Shown here piece by piece: positions 29,749 through 39,930 of a DNA stretch of 61,104 nt. A program made the position numbers and the translations under genes. Within the stretch, counting starts at the first letter, position 1; every line of letters starts with the position of its first letter. This DNA is from an uncultured Bacilli bacterium (lineage in GTDB: Bacteria; Bacillota_I; Bacilli_A; RF39; UBA660). Under the pieces are notes generated by a model, which saw only the letters and a program-made list of their open reading frames with translations, did not search any database and was not told the DNA's origin. The DNA lies in NCBI GenBank assembly GCA_947598285.1, contig CANQFE010000002.1, positions 1 to 61,104 of the forward strand, written 5' to 3'.

Positions 29749-31611
29749 ATGAAACTACAAAAGTTTAAAGAAGAAAAGAAAAATCAAAAAAGTATCATAA
29801 TCTTTACCATAGCTTGTGTATTACTAATCACAGGAGTTTTCTTATATAAAACATTTGCAACTTTTCAAGTCATCGAAAATGAAGATCTTATTAATGGAGA
29901 TGTAAGTGATCCAGGAGATATCTATTTTGTATTCTATAAAGATAATCAATTAACCAAAGAAATGCCTCAAAAAGGAACAGGATATGCTTATGATTATGAA
30001 AAAAGTCATTGTGAAGTTCCAGGAAAAGAAGAAAGTAAAGCAGTACCATACTTTGATAGTATTGATTGGAGTGTAACAGTAAGAGGAATGACAGAAAGAC
30101 CAACAAAATGTACAATCTATTTTTATCAAGGATATCAAGAAGGAATATTAAAAGGAGCAGACCCAGTGTTAGAAAGACCATTAGTACCAGTGCATATTGA
30201 TGAGAAAGGCAAAGTTACCAAAGCAGATCCAAGTGAAGAGTGGTATAACTATGAACAAAAAGAATGGGCGAATGCAGTGATATTAGTAGATGAAACAAAG
30301 CAATATGAAGAAAATGAAATCATAGAAGAAAAAGATATAGAAAGTTATTTTGTATGGATCCCAAGATATCGATATCAATTAAAAGAAAGTGAAGCAACAT
30401 TTAATACTTATAGTTCCATCATGAATCCAGAAACATATAAGATTCAAAATGTCGAAGAATTTTATTCAAAAATAGAAGGAGGGAACAAAGGAAAAAATGA
30501 AGCCTTTGTAATAGAATTTGAAAACATAACAGAAACACCAAGTGATGGAACAAATGAAGAGAAATGGTTAACCCATCCAGCATTCACATCATTTAATAGT
30601 AATGGATTCTGGGTAGGAAAATTTGAAACGGGATATAATCAAAGTGATAATTCAACAAAAGAAATTACAACAACTAATTGGACCAAAGCAAATGCAGAAA
30701 ATACTAGCAATACGAATAAAGAAGAACCAACAAAAGTCATCATCAAACCAAATGTGTATAGTTGGAGAAATATCAATGCATCGAATGCCTTTTATACAAG
30801 TTATAATTACCAAAGAGAATTAGAAAGTCATATGATGAAGAATACCGAATGGGGAGCAGTAGCTTATTTATCCCAAAGTAAGTATGGAAGATGCAATGGT
30901 TCAACTTGTGAAGAAGTAAGGATCAATAATAATGGTAATTATATTACGGGGTATAGTGCCAAAAATGCCCCAACGGTAGGAACTTCGGCATACAATAATA
31001 CAGATTCAGTGACTTTAAATCAAGATGGAACGAATGGATATCATTATGGTAGCAATAATGCCTCTAAACAAGAGTCAAGTACAACAGGAAATTATAGTGG
31101 AATCTATGATATGAGTGGTGGAGCTTATGAATATGTGATGGGAATGATGAAAGGAAGTACCACCACTTCTTCACCAGCAAGTGGAGCAAATAAAGATTGG
31201 AATTCAGGATTTAAAGGCTTATATAGTGATTGTAACGAGAATGGAGGTTCTATTGAATGTAATGGTAATATAATGAATACAACAGGCAAGGATTGGCCAA
31301 ATAGCAAATATTACGATTTATATGATCATAAAACAACAAGCGTAGAATACCAAAGAGGTTATTTAGGAGATGCTACAAAAGAATTTGGTCCATTCTATTC
31401 AGTAAATTGGCTAAAAGAAGGTAGTTCTTATAGCACAAGATATGTTGGAAGTTATAACGCAAACGAATCGTACTTTGTGCGTTCTGGCGCTCCATGGTTT
31501 ATACGTGGTTCAGTTTATTCAGGAGGGACAGATGCAGGAGTTGGAGCATTCAATGCCAACACTGGAGGTGTGGTTAAAGATTACAGTTTCCGCGTTGTTT
31601 TAACACCTTAA
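29749..31611 (+). CDS. Secreted/surface protein paralog C (N-module A + distinct C-module Y)
   Basis: The first ~128 aa are nearly the same as ORF 11356. The C-terminal ~350 aa are different and carry motifs FWVGKFETG, NTEWGAVAYLSQSKYG, YDMSGGAYEYVMG and WFIRGSVYSGG, reminiscent of an FGE-sulfatase/C-type-lectin-like fold. Confidence 0.85.
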   Translation: MKLQKFKEEKKNQKSIIIFTIACVLLITGVFLYKTFATFQVIENEDLINGDVSDPGDIYFVFYKDNQLTKEMPQKGTGYAYDYEKSHCEVPGKEESKAVPYFDSIDWSVTVRGMTERPTKCTIYFYQGYQEGILKGADPVLERPLVPVHIDEKGKVTKADPSEEWYNYEQKEWANAVILVDETKQYEENEIIEEKDIESYFVWIPRYRYQLKESEATFNTYSSIMNPETYKIQNVEEFYSKIEGGNKGKNEAFVIEFENITETPSDGTNEEKWLTHPAFTSFNSNGFWVGKFETGYNQSDNSTKEITTTNWTKANAENTSNTNKEEPTKVIIKPNVYSWRNINASNAFYTSYNYQRELESHMMKNTEWGAVAYLSQSKYGRCNGSTCEEVRINNNGNYITGYSAKNAPTVGTSAYNNTDSVTLNQDGTNGYHYGSNNASKQESSTTGNYSGIYDMSGGAYEYVMGMMKGSTTTSSPASGANKDWNSGFKGLYSDCNENGGSIECNGNIMNTTGKDWPNSKYYDLYDHKTTSVEYQRGYLGDATKEFGPFYSVNWLKEGSSYSTRYVGSYNANESYFVRSGAPWFIRGSVYSGGTDAGVGAFNANTGGVVKDYSFRVVLTP

Positions 31612-31895
31612 AGAAAGAAAGTTGGATTTGAAAATTGAGGGAAAGTTACCTCTTTTTTTCTTTGAGATAAATTATTAGTATTGTTGATATTTGATGATTT
31701 TTGATTTGATGTTTGTTTGGAGTTTGTCAAAAACCCTTGAGCTACTTTGAAAGCACTTTTGGCGTTTTGAATCATTGGTTTTGCTTGAACATAAATTGGA
31801 ATGATTTGATTGGCAACATTTAAAGTTTTATTAATACCAGTTAGGATTTTTGGCAATGTTAGACCTGCTCTAGGAACTTGAGGAAACATAGACAT
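31608..31895 (-). CDS. Small protein, possibly YqfQ/VrrA-like
   Basis: Core LPKILTGINKTLNVANQIIPIYVQAKPMIQNAKSAFKV resembles my recollection of the YqfQ core. Polar low-complexity tail. Weak call. Confidence 0.35.
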   Translation of the reverse strand: MSMFPQVPRAGLTLPKILTGINKTLNVANQIIPIYVQAKPMIQNAKSAFKVAQGFLTNSKQTSNQKSSNINNTNNLSQRKKEVTFPQFSNPTFFL

Positions 31896-32010
31896 TCATC
31901 CTTTCTTTTTTATAGTTTATGCAAAATCTTTCTTTTTAGAGATAAAAAAGTAGAAAAAGAAATGGCTTTATGTTATACTTAAAGTATACAAAGAATAGGG
32001 AAGGGATATT

Positions 32011-33636
32011 ATGAATGTCGAAGCTGGTAATTCTATGAATCAAACACCATTAAAGCCTTTGAAATATCCTGGATTAGGTTTATTCATGTCTTTTAAATAT
32101 GTTGTTGAAGTAATTATTTATATTATAAAATGTGCTTGGAGAGGTTTTTTATATCTATTTAAAGATATTCCTTCTTCTTTATGGCAACATGCAAGTGGTA
32201 AAGTAGATGAAGCATATCGCGGAACAAAAGTTGCTATAGAAAAAGTTCAAAATAAAGAGGAATCATCGTCTAAGAAAAGTATTTTGAACATGGATTTGAA
32301 TGATCTTTTCAAAAATTCAAAATATATGAAGAAGAAAATTCAAGCATTAGAGCGAGAAAAACTTTTACTATTAGAAGATTTAAAAGGAGCAGGCGGTATC
32401 CGTAGTAAAGAACCTAATATTTATCGCTTTACTGCTAAAAATCCAGAAGGTAAAATTGAAACAGGAATTATTAATGGATATTCAAAGTTAGATGTGAATA
32501 CTTTTTTGGTTCAAGATGGTTATGATGTTTATAAAATCGAAACAAATCAAATGATTGATTTTTTCTATGGTCAATCGAGTATTTTTGCACCTAAATTAAA
32601 AAATAAAGATTTACTTTTTTGGTTAACTCAATTGTCTACTTATTTGAAAAGTGGTCTTACATTATCTGATTCCATTCGAATTTTAAACCAACAAATGAAT
32701 AAAAAAACAACTTATAAAAGAGCTTTTCAAGCAATTGTTTATGAGCTTACGATGGGAGAATCTTTTTCGACAGCCTTGGAAAAACAAGGAGGCATGTTTC
32801 CAGCATTACTCATTAATATGATTAAGGCGGCTGAAGCAACTGGCGAATTAGAGGAAACGCTTGAAGATATGGCCAATTATTATGAAGAAATTGAAAAAAC
32901 AAGAAAACAAATGTTATCTGCATTGACTTATCCATCTGTTATTATGGTATTTAGTTTAGCAGTTGTAACTTTTATTATGTTATTTGTTATTCCAGAATTT
33001 GTTAAAGTTTATGATGATGCTGGGGCAGAAATATCTGGAATTACTTTGTTTGTTTTAAATATGAGTAATTTTTTACAAAAGAATATTGTCTTATTAATTA
33101 TTATTTTTTGTTTCATTCTTTTAGTATTAATTTATTTTTATAAAAATGTGAAGGCCTTTCGAAAAAGTGTTCAACAATTTGCAATGAAACTACCTGTAGT
33201 GGGAAATATAATCATTTATAATGAAATGACAATTTTTTCTAAAACATTTTCTTCTTTATTACGAAATAATGTTTTTATTACGGATAGTATTGATATTTTA
33301 AGTAAAATTACAAATAATGAAATTTATAAAGAGATTATGTATAATACTATCAATAACATTGTAAAAGGTGAAAAAATTAGTACAGCTTTTAAAGATCAAT
33401 GGGCTATTCCTGATGTCGCATATTTTATGATTGTTACAGGAGAATCAACTGGACAGCTTGCTGAGATGATGGCTAAGGTTAGTTCTTATTATCAAGAGTT
33501 GCATCGAAATATTATTAATAGTTTAAAGTCATTTATTGAACCAATTATGATTTCTTTTTTGGCTTTAGTCGTTGGAGGAATTATTTTAGCAGTTATTGTA
33601 CCAATGTTTAAACTTATGCAAATTGTTGAGATGTAG
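32011..33636 (+). CDS. pilC: Type IV pilus / T2SS platform protein (GspF/PilC family) with ~135-aa N-terminal extension
   Basis: Two GspF-type repeats with three TM segments. The typical start YRFTAKNPEGKIETG appears only at about aa 138. GGGAAGGG RBS. Confidence 0.85.
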   Translation: MNVEAGNSMNQTPLKPLKYPGLGLFMSFKYVVEVIIYIIKCAWRGFLYLFKDIPSSLWQHASGKVDEAYRGTKVAIEKVQNKEESSSKKSILNMDLNDLFKNSKYMKKKIQALEREKLLLLEDLKGAGGIRSKEPNIYRFTAKNPEGKIETGIINGYSKLDVNTFLVQDGYDVYKIETNQMIDFFYGQSSIFAPKLKNKDLLFWLTQLSTYLKSGLTLSDSIRILNQQMNKKTTYKRAFQAIVYELTMGESFSTALEKQGGMFPALLINMIKAAEATGELEETLEDMANYYEEIEKTRKQMLSALTYPSVIMVFSLAVVTFIMLFVIPEFVKVYDDAGAEISGITLFVLNMSNFLQKNIVLLIIIFCFILLVLIYFYKNVKAFRKSVQQFAMKLPVVGNIIIYNEMTIFSKTFSSLLRNNVFITDSIDILSKITNNEIYKEIMYNTINNIVKGEKISTAFKDQWAIPDVAYFMIVTGESTGQLAEMMAKVSSYYQELHRNIINSLKSFIEPIMISFLALVVGGIILAVIVPMFKLMQIVEM

Positions 33637-33644
33637 GTGGGGAT

Positions 33645-34409
33645 ATGAATTTTTATTATGCTTTTTTATTCTTTCTTTTGGGGAGCGTTTTAGCTTCTTT
33701 TTATGGAGTTGTCGCGACGCGACTTCCTCAAAATCAATCGCTTATTAAGCCTAGGAGTCATTGTGTAAAATGTCATCATGTTCTTTCATGGTATGAATTA
33801 ATTCCTATTTTTTCGTTTCTTTTTTTGAAAGGAAAATGTCGTAAATGTCATGAAAAATTATCTATTTATGAACCAATTATGGAGTTTTTGCTAGGACTTT
33901 CTTTTAGTATGTCTTATCTTTTTTTTGGTTTTAGTTATTCATTATGGATGTCTTTGATTCTTCTTTCTTTAGTTTGTCTTATTTTTGTTAGTGATTTTCA
34001 ATATATGATTATTTTAGATTCACCTTTAGTTATTTCAAGCTTTCTTATTTTTGGTTTAAAATGGTATTATTTTGGAATTTCTGAAGCTTGGAATGCTTTA
34101 GAGGATGGAGTAATTTTGTTTTTGATTTTTCTTTTTATTGGATATCTTGGGAGTCTTCTTTTTAAAAGAGAAGCTCTTGGAGGAGGGGATATTAAGCTTT
34201 CGTTTGTAATGGGGTTATCTTTATCTACTCCTTATGCTTTAATGGCACTTATTTTATCTACTTTTCTTGCTTTACCTTATGCTACATTTAGCCTTTGTAG
34301 TACTAATGAAAGGGAAGTTCCATTTGGGCCTTTTTTAGTGGCTGCTTTGGCAATTGTTTTTTTCTTTCAAGATAAATTTGCTTATATTTTAGAGTTATTT
34401 CGTTTTTAA
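33645..34409 (+). CDS. pilD: Prepilin peptidase (A24 family)
   Basis: CVKCHH...CRKCHE zinc motif, GGGDIKL active-site motif, polytopic. Confidence 0.9.
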   Translation: MNFYYAFLFFLLGSVLASFYGVVATRLPQNQSLIKPRSHCVKCHHVLSWYELIPIFSFLFLKGKCRKCHEKLSIYEPIMEFLLGLSFSMSYLFFGFSYSLWMSLILLSLVCLIFVSDFQYMIILDSPLVISSFLIFGLKWYYFGISEAWNALEDGVILFLIFLFIGYLGSLLFKREALGGGDIKLSFVMGLSLSTPYALMALILSTFLALPYATFSLCSTNEREVPFGPFLVAALAIVFFFQDKFAYILELFRF

Positions 34410-34427
34410 TAAAAAAAGAAACATTTT

Positions 34428-35747
34428 TTAAATGTCTAATGTTTCTAAATCTAATGTTTCAGCGTTCATTTTAAGATTATTTTCTGGTATTTTGTCTTCT
34501 TTTTCTTTTTGCTCACGCCCAATAATTGCGTCTTTTAAAGCTTTTTGTTCTTCACCTAAATCATCTTCAATATCAATGACTCTTAAAACTTCTTCAAAAC
34601 TTGTTAAACCATTGATGACTTTTATTAAACCATCGTCCAGAAGACTAATGGTATTTTTATTTTGATAAATTAAACTACGAATTTTTTCTTTTGTTTCATT
34701 GTTTACGATGGCATCTCTAATTTCTTGATTTAAAATTAAGACTTCTTGAAGAGCAATTCGGCCTTTATATCCATTGATACAATCTGGACAACCCACAGGT
34801 TTATAAATTTGATTCATATCAATTCCTAAAGCAGTTTTGAAAACTCTTTTTTCGTAAGGAGTTGTTTCTCTTGCTTCTCGACATTTCGGACATAGTTTTT
34901 TACATAGTCTTTGCGAGATAATCGCTTCCAGAGCTGAACCTAAAAGATAACGTTCTACATCCATGTCTACTAAACGTTCAATGGTTGTTAATGAGTTATT
35001 GGTATGGATTGTAGATAATACTAAATGTCCTGTGATACTTGCTCGAACGGCAATTCGGGCTGTTTCATTATCACGAATTTCACCAATCATAATGATATCT
35101 GGATCTTGACGTAAAATGGAACGAAGAGCACTAGCAAATGTTAAACCAATTTCACTCATGGTTTGAACTTGATTGATTCCAGATATTTTCATTTCGACAG
35201 GGTCTTCTACAGTAATAATATTTCTTTCAATGGTGTTTAATTGTTGTAAAATAGCATACACGGTAGTCGATTTTCCGGTTCCGGTCGCACCTGTTACTAA
35301 AATAATTCCGTTTGGTTTGGCAATTGCTTTTTGAACTTTCTCTAAATTTTCATCAGAAAATCCTAATGTATCAAGACTACTTAGGGAAGAAGAATAGTCA
35401 AGTAAACGAACAACAACTTTTTCGCCGTATACAATTGGAAGAGTAGAAACACGAAGGTCTAAATCTTTTCCATCGACTTGCATTTTAATTGCTCCATCTT
35501 GAGGAACTCTTGATTCTGTAATATTCATTCCAGAGATAATTTTTACTCTAGTGACTAGATTTTTTTTTACACTTTCGGGAACTTTGGCATATAAAAGTAA
35601 TTCGCCATCAATCCGAATACGAACATTTAAAACATCTGGAGTAGGATCAAAATGGATATCACTAGCTCTTTTTCTAGCGGCATCGATGAGCATATTATTT
35701 ACGATATCGACAATTGGCTGATTGGTATAATCATATTCTGTAAACAT
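34428..35747 (-). CDS. pilB: Type IV pilus assembly ATPase (GspE/PilB family)
   Basis: Walker A GATGTGKSTT, Asp/His boxes and tetra-Cys motif CPKC...CPDC. Convergent with pilD. Confidence 0.9.
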   Translation of the reverse strand: MFTEYDYTNQPIVDIVNNMLIDAARKRASDIHFDPTPDVLNVRIRIDGELLLYAKVPESVKKNLVTRVKIISGMNITESRVPQDGAIKMQVDGKDLDLRVSTLPIVYGEKVVVRLLDYSSSLSSLDTLGFSDENLEKVQKAIAKPNGIILVTGATGTGKSTTVYAILQQLNTIERNIITVEDPVEMKISGINQVQTMSEIGLTFASALRSILRQDPDIIMIGEIRDNETARIAVRASITGHLVLSTIHTNNSLTTIERLVDMDVERYLLGSALEAIISQRLCKKLCPKCREARETTPYEKRVFKTALGIDMNQIYKPVGCPDCINGYKGRIALQEVLILNQEIRDAIVNNETKEKIRSLIYQNKNTISLLDDGLIKVINGLTSFEEVLRVIDIEDDLGEEQKALKDAIIGREQKEKEDKIPENNLKMNAETLDLETLDI

Positions 35748-35858
35748 ACTAGTTCCCTCTATTCTTTTTTAAGTTTAACATAAAAATACCAAAAAAACAA
35801 TTCCGTAATTGAGAAATCTATGTTAAAATATTTTTAGAAAAAGAAGAAATGAATCTGG

Positions 35859-36362
35859 GTGATAAACATGGAAAAAAATGAGGTAGTACAAAAAATTCGT
35901 TTTCGAACTTTTCTTTTTTTATTCATCCTTCTTTTTTTTCTTTTGGCAATTGTTGTCTTTTTTAGTTCTTATCTTTTTCAGATGCAACGTTTTGAACGAC
36001 TTCGAAAAATCAGTAATTTTCAAGATTTTACGATTTCAGTGAAAGATTCTTCGGTTTGTGAAACTTCATTTCGATTTGTAGTTCATGATGTTTCTTACTA
36101 TTATGATTGCATTGATACTATTTATTTAGCTTATGGTTCTACGAAAACTACTTTAAATGAACTTTTATCGCTTGGTTACTTTGAACTAAAGGACATTTTA
36201 CGTTTTCTTAAAAAACAATCTACAGAAAAGGAAAACGTCACTAATTATATTCTTTCTTCCTTTTCTTCTTCTTTAATTTTTGAAGTGGAAACAAATGAAG
36301 ATGAGATAGAAAAAGTAACAATTCATAAATATAGAGAGGGGAGTGATTCAGATGTTTATTGA
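35859..36362 (+). CDS. Hypothetical N-terminally anchored protein upstream of obg
   Basis: TM segment FLFLFILLFFLLAIVVFF. Overlaps the obg start. No motif recognised. Confidence 0.5.
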   Translation: MINMEKNEVVQKIRFRTFLFLFILLFFLLAIVVFFSSYLFQMQRFERLRKISNFQDFTISVKDSSVCETSFRFVVHDVSYYYDCIDTIYLAYGSTKTTLNELLSLGYFELKDILRFLKKQSTEKENVTNYILSSFSSSLIFEVETNEDEIEKVTIHKYREGSDSDVY

Positions 36363-37623
36363 TGAAATAAAAATGCAATTAATTGCTGGGAAAGGTGGCG
36401 ATGGTTGTACTTCTTTTCGCCGTGAAAAATATGTGCCAATGGGAGGACCCGATGGTGGCTCTGGTGGAAAAGGTGGAGATATCATTTTTGAAGTCGATCC
36501 GGGACTTTCTACTTTAGTTGATTTAAAGTTTCATAAAATTATAAAATCTCAAAAAGGAGAAAATGGAACCGGAAAAAATTGCCGAGGAAAAAATGCTCCA
36601 GAAATGATTATTAAAGTTCCTCTTGGAACAACTATTTATGATGATGATACCGGATTAGTGATTGCTGATTTAGTGATGGAAGATGATCGAGTAATCGTGG
36701 CCCATGGTGGTCGAGGAGGAAGAGGAAATGCTTCTTTTGCGACTCAAGAAAAACCTGCGCCATCTTTTTCAGAGTTAGGAGAGCCTGGAGAAATAAGATA
36801 TATTCGATGTGAATTAAAATTACTAGCAGATGTTGGATTAGTTGGAATGCCTAGCGTTGGCAAAAGTAGTATTTTAAAAGCAGTGACCTCGTCTGAACCT
36901 AAGATTGCAGCTTATCATTTTACAACTTTAAGCCCTAATTTAGGAGTGGTGAAATTAAAATCTGGAAAACAATTTGTGTTAGCTGATTTACCAGGAATGA
37001 TTGAAGGAGCAAGTGCTGGAGTGGGATTAGGAATCAAGTTTCTTCGTCATGCGTCAAGAACGAGAATGCTTGTTCATGTTTTGGACATGGCAGGAACTGA
37101 AGGACGAGACCCAGTGAGTGATTATGAAACAATTCGTAAAGAGATTTGTTCCTATCAAAATGGTCTTGAGCAAAAAAAAGAAGTCATCGTGGCCAATAAA
37201 GCAGATCTTCCTTCATTTCAAGAAAATTTAAAACGATTTCAAACAATCTATCCTGATTTCGATATTTTTCCCGTTAGTGCTGTAACAAAAGTGGGTTTAG
37301 ATTCTCTTATGAATTATTTAGCTGATACTTTGGAAACAATTCCTAAAACAAATTTATTTCAACCAGAAGATTATGAAAGTACAATGGTATATCGTTTTCA
37401 AAATAAAAAACCTTATACTATTGTGAAAGATGGTGATGTTTGGGTATTAAAGGGTGAAGAAATCGAAAAACTTTTAGCGATGACTCGTTTTACCGAAGAA
37501 GAAGGAGTGGAAAGATTTTCAAGAAAACTAAAAGGTATGGGGGTAGATGATGAATTAAGAAGACTAGGAGCTCAAAGTGGCGATGAAGTTGAAATCGCGG
37601 GATATCGTTTTTCTTTTCAATAA
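36352..37623 (+). CDS. obg: GTPase Obg/CgtA
   Basis: MFIDEIKMQLIAGKGGDGC, glycine-rich Obg fold, G-domain GMPSVGKSS, C-terminal OCT domain. Confidence 0.97.
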   Translation: MFIDEIKMQLIAGKGGDGCTSFRREKYVPMGGPDGGSGGKGGDIIFEVDPGLSTLVDLKFHKIIKSQKGENGTGKNCRGKNAPEMIIKVPLGTTIYDDDTGLVIADLVMEDDRVIVAHGGRGGRGNASFATQEKPAPSFSELGEPGEIRYIRCELKLLADVGLVGMPSVGKSSILKAVTSSEPKIAAYHFTTLSPNLGVVKLKSGKQFVLADLPGMIEGASAGVGLGIKFLRHASRTRMLVHVLDMAGTEGRDPVSDYETIRKEICSYQNGLEQKKEVIVANKADLPSFQENLKRFQTIYPDFDIFPVSAVTKVGLDSLMNYLADTLETIPKTNLFQPEDYESTMVYRFQNKKPYTIVKDGDVWVLKGEEIEKLLAMTRFTEEEGVERFSRKLKGMGVDDELRRLGAQSGDEVEIAGYRFSFQ

Positions 37624-37632
37624 AAAAGAAGA

Positions 37633-37959
37633 TTACTCTTCAAATTTTAAAACAGAGCCAATATATAATTTTTGACTAGCATTTTTGGGTAATTCTAAAA
37701 TACTTGTATTTTTGGCATCTTCACTGATTCTGATAATTTTGTTTTTGGGAACTTCGCGGTAAATATAGATAACTTGATTTTCTTTATTTAGACCAATGAC
37801 ATCAATTTCTTCTTTCATAAAATAGGTATGAATAGCATTACATTTGGGAAAAAGCATTCCATAATCGATGTTTTTTTGCCCCATTAAGCCTAATAGTCTT
37901 GTGTAAAATGTTTTGGCTACAACAATATTGATAGTTGTATTGTTTAATTTTAATTTCAT
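37633..37959 (-). CDS. DUF192 family protein
   Basis: RLLGLMGQKNIDYGMLFPKCNAIHTYFMKEEIDVI matches the DUF192 (COG1430) pattern. Confidence 0.6.
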   Translation of the reverse strand: MKLKLNNTTINIVVAKTFYTRLLGLMGQKNIDYGMLFPKCNAIHTYFMKEEIDVIGLNKENQVIYIYREVPKNKIIRISEDAKNTSILELPKNASQKLYIGSVLKFEE

Positions 37960-38119
37960 TGTTTTGTCTCCTTTTTACCATTTTATGAAAAAAAATTTCC
38001 AAATATTCTTTTTTATTATTCATTATAACGCGACTATGAATGACTCGCAAGAAAGAGAAGCAAAAAAATATTTTTTGTTACTTTACGAAAAAACAAATGT
38101 TTTGTATAATATTTCTTAG

Positions 38120-39925
38120 GTGATGCAAGTGAAACAGAAAAATATTCGGAACTTTTCCATTATTGCTCATATTGATCATGGCAAAAGTACACTTGCTGAT
38201 CGTATTTTGGAGATTACGGGTGCTTTAGAAAAAAGAGAAATGGTTTCGCAAGTACTAGATAGCATGGATTTGGAACGAGAAAGAGGAATTACGATTAAGT
38301 TAAATGCTGTTAGTCTTACTTATTCTTATCAAAATGAAGAATATCTTCTTAATTTAATAGATACTCCAGGACATGTCGATTTTTCTTATGAAGTAAGTCG
38401 TAGTTTAGCTGCTTGTGAAGGGGCAGTTTTAGTGGTAGATGCAGCCCAGGGAATTGAGGCTCAAACACTTGCTAATCTTTATTTGGCGATGGCTCAAGAT
38501 TTAAAAATTATTCCAGTCATTAATAAAATTGATTTACCGAATGCCAATATTTCAAAAGTGAAAGAAGAATTAAAAAGGGTATTGGGATTTCAAGAAGAAG
38601 AAATTTTACTTTGTAGTGGGAAAACTGGAGTAGGAGTAAAAGAATTAATTGAGGCGATTATTCGAGTGATACCACCTCCTAAAATAAATAATGATGGTCC
38701 TTTGCGGGCACTAATTTTTGACTCTTATTTTGATCCTTATAAAGGGGTTGTAGGTCTTATTAAAGTCGAAGATGGCATCCTAAAAAAGAAAGATGAAATC
38801 TTATTGATGGCAAATGATACTTCTTATCAGGTTAGTGAAATTGGAATTCATACTCCTAAAGAAATGCAAAAAGAGGAGCTAAAAAGTGGGGAAGTTGGTT
38901 ATTTTTGCGCTCAAATAAAGGAAATTTCGTCTATTCAGGTTGGAGATACCATTACTCATAAAGACTATCCCGCATCAACTCCGATTCATGGATATCAAAA
39001 GATGAAACCAATGGTTTATTCAGGAATCTTTCCAGTCGAACCGAATCGATACGAGATGTTAAAAGAAGCATTTGAAAAACTAAAATTAAATGATGCTGCT
39101 TTAACCATTGAACCAGAGACTTCAGATGCTTTAGGATTTGGCTTTCGAGTTGGTTTTTTGGGACTTCTTCATATGGATATTATTACGACGCGAATTGAAA
39201 GAGAATTTTCTATTCCGGTTATCGCGACGAGTCCAAGTGTCGTATATAAAGTAACTTTGACAAGTGGTGAATTACTTTTGATTGATAGTCCTAATAAAAT
39301 GCCTGAGCCCGTTAAAATAAAAAAAATTGAAGAGCCTTTTATTTATACAAATATTATTGTTCCAAGTGAATATATTGGCTCGATTATGGAACTTTGTCAA
39401 AAAAAACGAGGAATTTATAAAAGTTTAGAATACATTGAAGAAAAAAGAGTCAATATTCATTATGAAATTCCTTTGTCAGAAATTGTTTATGATTTTTTTG
39501 ATAAATTAAAAAGTTATACGAAAGGATATGCTTCTTTTGATTATGAATTATGTGGATATCAAGAAAGTCATTTAGTCAAAATGAATATTTTGCTAAATGG
39601 TGAGGTTGTGGATGCTTTATCGGTGATTATTCATAAAGATTTTGCTTATCAAAGAGGAAAAATTATTGTTGAAAAATTAAAAGAGCTTATTCCAAGACAA
39701 ATGTTTCAAATTCCAATTCAAGCAGTGATAGGATCCAAAGTCATTGCTCGTGAAAACATTAGTGCTTTACGAAAAAATGTTTTAGCAAAATGTTATGGTG
39801 GGGATGTCAGTCGAAAAAGAAAACTTTTAGAAAAGCAAAAAGAAGGCAAAAAAAGAATGAAAACGATTGGTAGTGTGGACGTTCCACAAGAAGCCTTTTT
39901 ATCAATATTAAGTAGTGAGGAGTAA
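38120..39925 (+). CDS. lepA: Elongation factor 4
   Basis: [31 protein letters not shown] and the conserved LepA C-terminal domain. Confidence 0.97.
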   Translation: MMQVKQKNIRNFSIIAHIDHGKSTLADRILEITGALEKREMVSQVLDSMDLERERGITIKLNAVSLTYSYQNEEYLLNLIDTPGHVDFSYEVSRSLAACEGAVLVVDAAQGIEAQTLANLYLAMAQDLKIIPVINKIDLPNANISKVKEELKRVLGFQEEEILLCSGKTGVGVKELIEAIIRVIPPPKINNDGPLRALIFDSYFDPYKGVVGLIKVEDGILKKKDEILLMANDTSYQVSEIGIHTPKEMQKEELKSGEVGYFCAQIKEISSIQVGDTITHKDYPASTPIHGYQKMKPMVYSGIFPVEPNRYEMLKEAFEKLKLNDAALTIEPETSDALGFGFRVGFLGLLHMDIITTRIEREFSIPVIATSPSVVYKVTLTSGELLLIDSPNKMPEPVKIKKIEEPFIYTNIIVPSEYIGSIMELCQKKRGIYKSLEYIEEKRVNIHYEIPLSEIVYDFFDKLKSYTKGYASFDYELCGYQESHLVKMNILLNGEVVDALSVIIHKDFAYQRGKIIVEKLKELIPRQMFQIPIQAVIGSKVIARENISALRKNVLAKCYGGDVSRKRKLLEKQKEGKKRMKTIGSVDVPQEAFLSILSSEE

Positions 39926-39930
39926 AAAAT

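Noticed and set aside
28928-30181. ORFs 28928-29167(-), 29103-29294(+), 29891-30181(-) and 29950-30138(-), which overlap paralogs B and C
   Set aside because: These are alternative-frame artefacts within genes whose main frames are supported by paralog conservation.
30556-31900. Diversity-generating retroelement targeting the CLec-like C-terminus of paralog C
   Set aside because: There is no reverse transcriptase gene and no template-repeat copy of the 3' end of the gene anywhere in the window. The downstream DNA encodes an unrelated small protein.
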